Positions 57,826 through 64,000 of a stretch of DNA of 64,000 bases are shown piece after piece. The notes under the pieces were generated by a model. It was given only the letters and a program-made list of their open reading frames with translations, did no database searches and was not told the DNA's origin. The DNA is taken from assembly GCA_965267385.1 (NCBI GenBank), contig OZ253957.1:65186-129185 (forward strand), read 5' to 3'. Position numbers and translations under genes: made by a program. This DNA is from Balneola sp. Its GTDB lineage: Bacteria; Bacteroidota; Rhodothermia; Balneolales; Balneolaceae. Numbering within the stretch: position 1 is the stretch's first letter; each line of letters begins with the position of its first letter.

Positions 57826-57941
57826 TCGTTAAATTTTCAAATCTCAGGAATCAAACCGCAAACAAAGATCAGCCACCAGATTTTGAAGCTTTGGTAACCG
57901 GGCTTTGTTTGAAATTTGCAGATTGAAATTTGTTCATCCCC

Positions 57942-58511
57942 CTACACGGTCATGATCTCGCTTTCCTTGGCAGAAAGCATTTCATCTATCCGGTTGATAT
58001 GGTTGTCGGTAACTTTTTGCACTTCATCTTCGGCTTCATATCTGGCATCTTCCGGCAGAGACTCCGCTTCCGTGGTTTTTTTGATCTGGTCGTTGGCATC
58101 CCGGCGGGAGTTACGAATACTGATGCGGGCCTGCTCCGCTTTGTCTTTGGCCACTTTCACCAGTTCCTTTCTGCGTTCTTCCGTCAATACGGGGAGGGGG
58201 ATCCGGACGAAGTCGCCGTCGTTCATGGGATTCAGTCCCAGTCCGGCCGACATGATCGCCTTTTCAATATCCTGCAGCGTGGATTTATCATAGGGAGAAA
58301 CCACGAGCATACGGGGTTCCGGTACAGTGATATTGGCTAATTGCTGAAGGGGAGTCTGCGAACCATAATATTCCACCTTCACGCCTTCGATGAGGGCCGG
58401 ATTGGCTTTGCCGGTACGGATATGAGAGAATTCACTTTTGAGGTAGGAGATGGCTTCATCCATCTTCAGGCTGGCCTCATCGATAATGTCTTGTAGCTCC
58501 GTAGGTATCAT
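57942..58511 (-). CDS. frr: ribosome recycling factor
   Basis: 189 aa with ...IRIPLPVLTEERRKELVKVAK...RNSRRDAND.... Confidence 0.95.
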   Translation of the reverse strand: MIPTELQDIIDEASLKMDEAISYLKSEFSHIRTGKANPALIEGVKVEYYGSQTPLQQLANITVPEPRMLVVSPYDKSTLQDIEKAIMSAGLGLNPMNDGDFVRIPLPVLTEERRKELVKVAKDKAEQARISIRNSRRDANDQIKKTTEAESLPEDARYEAEDEVQKVTDNHINRIDEMLSAKESEIMTV

Positions 58512-58620
58512 AAATCAACGTCTTAGGTTCACTGAAATGCTTCGTTCTGATCAATGTTGCGAAGTTACTAAAACTGGAAGATAAATCTTAATGGAAGATG
58601 GGTTATACTGAAGTAACCTG

Positions 58621-59712
58621 TTATCCATTAACAATATCAATCAACTCATCAAAGACGTATGAAGAAGGCCTGTTTCCTCGGCCTTCTCTTAGAGTATATA
58701 TAAGGCCTTCTTCTTTTAAAGTTGATAGAATTCTTGAAGCGCTAGCCTTGGGAATTTTTGAGTTCTTTTGAAAATCAGTTGTAGAAAAAATTGGAGAATT
58801 AAATAGTGCGTCTAATGCTTGTAATGAATATTGAGAATGAGTTGCATCAACAACTTTGCGTTTCATTTCTTCATACAGATTGAGAACTGCTTTAGTCTTT
58901 TCTATGTTTTCTGTGCTTTGTTGTATTACTGCCTTAAGGAAGAACTTTATCCAGTTTTCCCAATCTCCTTCATCAGTAATATTTTTCAACCTATCATAAT
59001 ATTCATCTCGGTGAGATTCTAAGTACCCACTAATATAAAACATAGGAGTATGGAGGACCTTTTTTGTGTACAGAAATAGAGGTATTAAAATCCTTCCAAT
59101 TCTACCATTACCATCCAGGAAAGGGTGTAAAATTTCAAACTGAGCATGGGCGATTGCTACTTGAACTAATACATCTTCGTCATCAAAGTTTAAGTAGTAT
59201 TCAAAATTATTAAGGTGATCCTGTAATAAAACTGGGTCTGGTGGCACAAATCTGGCTTCTTCAATTGATGAGCCAGGTTTTCCGATCCAGTTCTGTACAG
59301 TTCTAAACAATCCTCTGCTTTTGTTTCTACCCCTTACACTATCAAGCAGAATGGAATGCATTTTTTTTAAAAGATTCAGAGTGAGAGGCCTCTCCTGTAG
59401 CTCATCCACTGCATACTTGATAGCTTTTCTGTAATTGATGATCTCACGTATATCCTGATACTTTTCAGTTTTTTGTTTCGGATCAGCTTCAAATTTTAAA
59501 ACCTCCTCCAGTGTAGCTTGTGTCCCTTCAATTCTTGATGAGAGAACGGCTTCTTGAGTTGTAAGTGGAGATAGTAATACTGTTGGATTAGGAATAGATT
59601 GCAAAAGCCCATCGAATCTGGCAATTGATCTATTAGCTGGGCCTAGCTGACTTCTGAAGACTTTCCAATCTAGGGAATCATTGGGAAGGTGATCTGGTGA
59701 AAATGGCTTCAT
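58621..59712 (-). CDS. Fic-family protein (AMPylase-type, with N-terminal inhibitory motif and C-terminal wHTH-like domain)
   Basis: Fic motif HPFLDGNGRIGR and an (S/T)xxxE(G/N) inhibitory motif in LSSRIEGTQATLEEV. The gene is visibly AT-rich compared with its neighbours. Confidence 0.85.
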   Translation of the reverse strand: MKPFSPDHLPNDSLDWKVFRSQLGPANRSIARFDGLLQSIPNPTVLLSPLTTQEAVLSSRIEGTQATLEEVLKFEADPKQKTEKYQDIREIINYRKAIKYAVDELQERPLTLNLLKKMHSILLDSVRGRNKSRGLFRTVQNWIGKPGSSIEEARFVPPDPVLLQDHLNNFEYYLNFDDEDVLVQVAIAHAQFEILHPFLDGNGRIGRILIPLFLYTKKVLHTPMFYISGYLESHRDEYYDRLKNITDEGDWENWIKFFLKAVIQQSTENIEKTKAVLNLYEEMKRKVVDATHSQYSLQALDALFNSPIFSTTDFQKNSKIPKASASRILSTLKEEGLIYTLREGRGNRPSSYVFDELIDIVNG

Positions 59713-59855
59713 ATTAACAATTGTAAATGCAACTCACGTATGACATGCAATATAATTTGTGTTTCACATATTAAAAAATATGATATACAAATGTTTTCAT
59801 GTTTAATCTGTGCAACGCAAATGTGAAAAACCTAGGTAACATGTGGAAAATCAAC

Positions 59856-60020
59856 CTATTCCCACACCACCGTCGTACCCAGCGCTTCGCCGTTGCAGAC
59901 GACCTTCTTGAAGTTGCCTTCGGTGTTCATATCAAACACGATGATGGGCGTGTTGTTTTCGCGGCAGAGGGTGAAGGCGGTCAGCCTATCAGACCCGGCG
60001 GCTTTCAATTCCTCTAAGGT
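59856..60020 (-). pseudogene. pyrH: UMP kinase 3' fragment (last ~55 codons only)
   Basis: The minus strand reads [54 protein letters not shown], matching the conserved PyrH C-terminus (...MD..AFTL.R.....I.VF........V..GE..GT.V). No N-terminal three quarters is present, and the first CRISPR repeat starts 25 nt away. Confidence 0.8.
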
Positions 60021-60044
60021 TCGATTAAAACCGCACTCACCGAC

Positions 60045-62541
60045 GTTTCAATCCTTGTTCTAGTGGATTAGTAGTGATGACTCGGTACTTCAAGAAGAAC
60101 AAAGAGAAGTTCTACAAGTTTCAATCCTTGTTCTAGTGGATTAGTAGTGATGACCAGGAAGGTGCATATGAGCCCGCGAAAGGTAACACAGGTTTCAATC
60201 CTTGTTCTAGTGGATTAGTAGTGATGACTAGCTGTAAAACATTTGTGGTATTAGCACTAAAGATGTTTCAATCCTTGTTCTAGTGGATTAGTAGTGATGA
60301 CGCTCCCTAGAATTAGTAGTGTCGGTAACGGTAATAAGTTTCAATCCTTGTTCTAGTGGATTAGTAGTGATGACACGAACTGGCAATCATCATGCTTGAT
60401 GAACTCGAGTTTCAATCCTTGTTCTAGTGGATTAGTAGTGATGACTGTTGCTATTGAAATCTCATCGCGAAATTTAGGGGGTTTCAATCCTTGTTCTAGT
60501 GGATTAGTCGTAATGACACTCACCCAAGGAGCTACTGATCTAACACAATTCTGTTTCAATCCTTGTTCTAGTGGATTAGTCGTAATGACATGTTGCCGAT
60601 ACGCCTGTTGACGATCCAGAGCTATGTTTCAATCCTTGTTCTAGTGGATTAGTCGTAATGACTTTTTGTCAATACTTAATTTGGGGTCAAGGACCTCGTT
60701 TCAATCCTTGTTCTAGTGGATTAGTCGTAATGACTCATAGCTCTTGCAGTTGCTTTTTTAGCGTTTTAAGTTTCAATCCTTGTTCTAGTGGATTAGTCGT
60801 AATGACTTGCTTGCCCGCCTCTATTGAGTACCCATTCTCATGTTTCAATCCTTGTTCTAGTGGATTAGTCGTAATGACTTCCACATCAATACTGTTGGCG
60901 GAATCTTCTTCGAGTTTCAATCCTTGTTCTAGTGGATTAGTCGTAATGACAGTCAAGACCAACACACCCTCCACCCAGCGCAACTAGTTTCAATCCTTGT
61001 TCTAGTGGATTAGTCGTAATGACAAGATGATTGACTACTTTAGAAGCATAGGGGTTAGAGTTTCAATCCTTGTTCTAGTGGATTAGTCGTAATGACGGAA
61101 TCACATCGGACAGATGGTGCGCAATCATCGGTTTCAATCCTTGTTCTAGTGGATTAGTCGTAATGACCTGGACCAGAAAAAGTATGTAACCAGAAGGCTA
61201 ATGTTTCAATCCTTGTTCTAGTGGATTAGTCGTAATGACGTTATGTTACTGGGCATTCATTCACTTTGTTTATTGTTTCAATCCTTGTTCTAGTGGATTA
61301 GTCGTAATGACCATCAAATCAGTCAAAGAGGAATTTGGCATTGAATGTTTCAATCCTTGTTCTAGTGGATTAGTCGTAATGACAGAGTCAACGGCAGAGG
61401 AATCCGGGGAATGGTTCCGGTTTCAATCCTTGTTCTAGTGGATTAGTCGTAATGACCCTCTTCATACGTCTCAGTATTTTTAGTTTTTTCAAGTTTCAAT
61501 CCTTGTTCTAGTGGATTAGTCGTAATGACGCTGATGAGGACTTACAGTCCGAAACTCTCTCTTAAGTTTCAATCCTTGTTCTAGTGGATTAGTCGTAATG
61601 ACTTGAAACAACCGCTTTTCATCAATCATCTGCTGGCAAGTTTCAATCCTTGTTCTAGTGGATTAGTCGTAATGACCTTGTTGCCATCTTGGTCGGTCAT
61701 GCATTCCTCGAGTTTCAATCCTTGTTCTAGTGGATTAGTCGTAATGACCTTCCAGTCGTACTCGCAGTTAGCCCTTGTGGAAGTTTCAATCCTTGTTCTA
61801 GTGGATTAGTCGTAATGACAATTGATTTTTTAGAGGGCTATATGACCCTAACTTGTTTCAATCCTTGTTCTAGTGGATTAGTCGTAATGACGTTGTGGAA
61901 ATTACTCTACATTCATTTAACCAATGTTTCAATCCTTGTTCTAGTGGATTAGTCGTAATGACTTGAATATGTGGCGCTTAATGCGATCTTGAAATAACAG
62001 TTTCAATCCTTGTTCTAGTGGATTAGTCGTAATGACTCTGTGTTGGATCGTGTGGCTGTGTAGGGATTCAAGGTTTCAATCCTTGTTCTAGTGGATTAGT
62101 CGTAATGACTATTCTCCGTTTTTTCGTGGGTTACTCATCTTATTGTTTCAATCCTTGTTCTAGTGGATTAGTCGTAATGACAAAGTGAATGTTCTTAGTC
62201 CACACTCCTCACATTGTTTCAATCCTTGTTCTAGTGGATTAGTCGTAATGACAAAGTGAATGTTCTTAGTCCACACTCCTCACATTGTTTCAATCCTTGT
62301 TCTAGTGGATTAGTCGTAATGACTTTTCAGCTGATGGGTAAGATCAAGCAGGTGATCAAGTTTCAATCCTTGTTCTAGTGGATTAGTCGTAATGACAAAA
62401 ATAATATGCTTAAAGTGATCGTAAATTTGATGTTTCAATCCTTGTTCTAGTGGATTAGTCGTAATGACCAATAAAGGACACCATTACACGGACTGGATCA
62501 CGGTGTTTCAATCCTTGTTCTAGTGGATTAGTCGTAATGAC
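60045..62541 (-). CRISPR. CRISPR array: 35 repeats of 37 nt and 34 spacers of 34-37 nt
   Basis: The plus-strand repeat is GTTTCAATCCTTGTTCTAGTGGATTAGTCGTAATGAC. On the minus (cas-coding) strand it reads GTCATTACGACTAATCCACTAGAACAAGGATTGAAAC. All repeat starts were located by hand (60045, 60118 ... 62505). The minus orientation is inferred from the cas-proximal AT-rich flank, the variant repeats at the distal end and the ATTGAAAC terminus, so orientation is less certain than presence. Confidence 0.97.
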
Positions 62542-62763
62542 CGCTTTTTGTTGTTAAACCTAGTTTTTTAATTAGTTTGTTGATTTCTTGGATGGAAGTA
62601 TATTTGCTGGTTTGCACGATCTTTTTAACGTTTTCTGATCTTTTTCGAATACTTTCCGAACTATCGGGGTCACCTAATTTATTGACGGACAATCGGTTAT
62701 TAAATTCAATCATCATTGTTCCAATAAATTACAGGCCGGAAAATGGATATTCCCTGGCATCAG
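62542..62763 (-). promoter_or_regulatory. putative CRISPR leader (AT-rich cas4-array spacer region)
   Basis: A 222-nt AT-rich non-coding stretch between the cas4 stop and the consensus-type repeats. No promoter was mapped. Confidence 0.4.
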
Positions 62764-63342
62764 CTATTTAACGCAAATATTTGAATAGGTGCAACCGCTA
62801 CACCGCTTTTTATAAGCGGTAGCTTTCGGAAACACATTGTTTTCGATGATTTTCCTGATCTCTTCCGCACACTGCCTGACCTTTTCTTTATCAGATTCTG
62901 CTACCGGTACCGTTACCAGCTTATTCCTACTCCTTGTATATACCAGAAATCCCCGGTTTACTTCCTTGCCGAAGTTGTCTTCGATCAGGCAGGCGTAGCA
63001 ATAAAGCTGGGTTCGGTAGGTACTGAAGACCCGTTCCTTATATTGCGCGAACTTGTAGTCGAGCGGGGCCATGGTTCCGTCTTCCAGTTCAAGCACTTCA
63101 TCTACCTTCCCCCGCAACAGATCATTCGTCAAGTACTGTTCCTGCCATTTTTTAACAGCGCCAATTTTTTTTCGTAAGTATGCCTGGTTTGTAGAGTTTT
63201 TGTTCTCATGTAATGCTCTTCCCCGCATTACCTTGTAAGATTTTTCTTCGTATTGGGGGATAGCCAGCACTTTTTCAAAATAGATAAAACGCGGACAATA
63301 CAGGTATTGAATGATATCGGAAGGGGTAATGCTAAGGGGCAT
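62764..63342 (-). CDS. cas4: CRISPR-associated exonuclease Cas4
   Basis: PD-(D/E)xK-type body with the Cas4 cysteine set: YCPRFIYF near the N-terminus and CSGCTYSNIC at the C-terminus. Confidence 0.8.
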   Translation of the reverse strand: MPLSITPSDIIQYLYCPRFIYFEKVLAIPQYEEKSYKVMRGRALHENKNSTNQAYLRKKIGAVKKWQEQYLTNDLLRGKVDEVLELEDGTMAPLDYKFAQYKERVFSTYRTQLYCYACLIEDNFGKEVNRGFLVYTRSRNKLVTVPVAESDKEKVRQCAEEIRKIIENNVFPKATAYKKRCSGCTYSNICVK

Positions 63343-63346
63343 ACGG

Positions 63347-63637
63347 TTACAAGAATAACGCTTTTATTTCATCGGTTACCATCTTTTTATCAAAGGCCTG
63401 CCCTAACAACACGGTGGCTTTCAATTCATCTTTGCTCATAGGGAAGATATACACCGAGTCGGTTTCTTCGGTCATTAACTCTTCGATCTGAAGTTGCAGC
63501 GTATCTTTAGCCTCGTGGTCTATGCTTCCAAGGAACACCGAATACTGCACTCTAAACAGACCCGCCTGTTCGCAAGCTTTTGCGATTTTTGTGCGGGCCC
63601 GGTCTTTTTTGATATCATACATTACCCAGCAAATCAT
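63347..63637 (-). CDS. cas2: CRISPR-associated endoribonuclease Cas2
   Basis: 96 aa: VMYDIKKDRARTKIAKACEQAGLFRVQYSVFLG...DSVYIFP. Overlaps the cas1 stop. Confidence 0.8.
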   Translation of the reverse strand: MICWVMYDIKKDRARTKIAKACEQAGLFRVQYSVFLGSIDHEAKDTLQLQIEELMTEETDSVYIFPMSKDELKATVLLGQAFDKKMVTDEIKALFL

Positions 63638-64000
63638 CGTCTATAGGGATGGGCGGTTCTGTAATTAGTTCGTTGGCAAAGGAATGCGCATCTTGTTGAA
63701 TGGCATTCATACGGGTTTGATTTCTGCCTTTGTAGCGTATGGTATCTATATCAAAGCGTTGTATAAAGGCTTGCACAATCAGTTTTTTTCCTTCTTTGGT
63801 GAGTCCTGTTCCATTGGTTATTTCCCGATAATGCTCGCCGGATACTTTTTTGCCTGAAAATAACCGGTAAATGGTAAGATCTACAAAAGGGCGGTAGGGC
63901 TCGATGAAGTCGAATACAAAACTTGTCTGGTTGTAATCGTCTCGGTGCAGAAACCCCACATAAGGATCCAGGCCTGCAATCATGATGCATTTTTCAATTC
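63615..64000 (-). CDS. cas1: CRISPR-associated endonuclease Cas1, C-terminal part (gene runs off the 3' edge)
   Basis: ...AGLDPYVGFLHRDDYNQTSFVFDFIEPYRPFVDLTIY.... The frame stays open upstream of the track Met at 63983 (..IEKCI-MIAGL). Confidence 0.8.
   Translation of the reverse strand, partial: IEKCIMIAGLDPYVGFLHRDDYNQTSFVFDFIEPYRPFVDLTIYRLFSGKKVSGEHYREITNGTGLTKEGKKLIVQAFIQRFDIDTIRYKGRNQTRMNAIQQDAHSFANELITEPPIPIDDDLLGNV

Noticed and set aside
60353-61809. ORFs in the track with repeating peptides [12 protein letters not shown] (+ strand) and [11 protein letters not shown] (- strand): 60353..60559, 60396..60611, 60658..60987, 60735..60983, 61235..61438, 61603..61809
   Set aside because: They are translations of the 37-nt CRISPR repeat read through spacers. 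The periodic peptide is an artefact of the array, not a gene.
62546-62590. Repeat-like string in the cas4-array gap (TTGTT..CTAGT..ATTAGT..GT..AT in the same order as in the repeat), considered as a decayed repeat or a tracrRNA anti-repeat
   Set aside because: The matching blocks are only 5-6 nt and are separated by insertions, in an AT-rich background. The string starts 4 nt after the last repeat with no spacer, so it is not an array unit. A transcript using it as an anti-repeat would run straight into the array. It is too weak to call and is noted only for an RNA-seq check.
62528-62716. 62-aa minus-strand ORF inside the putative leader
   Set aside because: It is an AT-rich, low-complexity translation whose C-terminus is encoded by the last CRISPR repeat. 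It is most likely a chance ORF.

Overview
This is a 64-kb chromosomal segment that looks like an FCB-group bacterium (Bacteroidota/Balneolota-like). That guess rests on gene content, a TPP-riboswitch-controlled TonB receptor and many DUF-type envelope proteins; it is inference, not a search result. The window covers the replication-origin neighbourhood: dnaA with DnaA boxes upstream, plus folB/folK, prmC, eno, recF, ispH, smc and frr. About 60 protein genes are ordinary housekeeping or envelope functions. Two tRNA genes are present, Pro-GGG and Leu-GAG. There are two accessory patches. (1) 14.6-20.2 kb holds IS3/IS1595 debris, a visibly AT-rich three-gene cassette (CxxC thioredoxin-like protein, 6-bladed beta-propeller, secreted 6-Cys peptide), and a 368-bp tandem module in which a GIY-YIG nuclease ORF reads into a decayed tRNA-Pro copy, iterated next to the intact tRNA-Pro. 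(2) 58.6-64.0 kb holds an AT-rich fic gene, a 3' remnant of pyrH that abuts a 35-repeat CRISPR array, and cas4-cas2-cas1. The gene order is cas1>cas2>cas4>array, and cas1 runs off the window, so the effector is not visible. Other signals are an octanucleotide microsatellite (17 perfect copies) overlapping the recF stop, a frameshifted four-helix-bundle (23S-IVS/Avd-like) gene, and a short duplication of the tRNA-Leu 3' end. All family calls come from motifs read by eye. No database search, folding program or GC computation was run.
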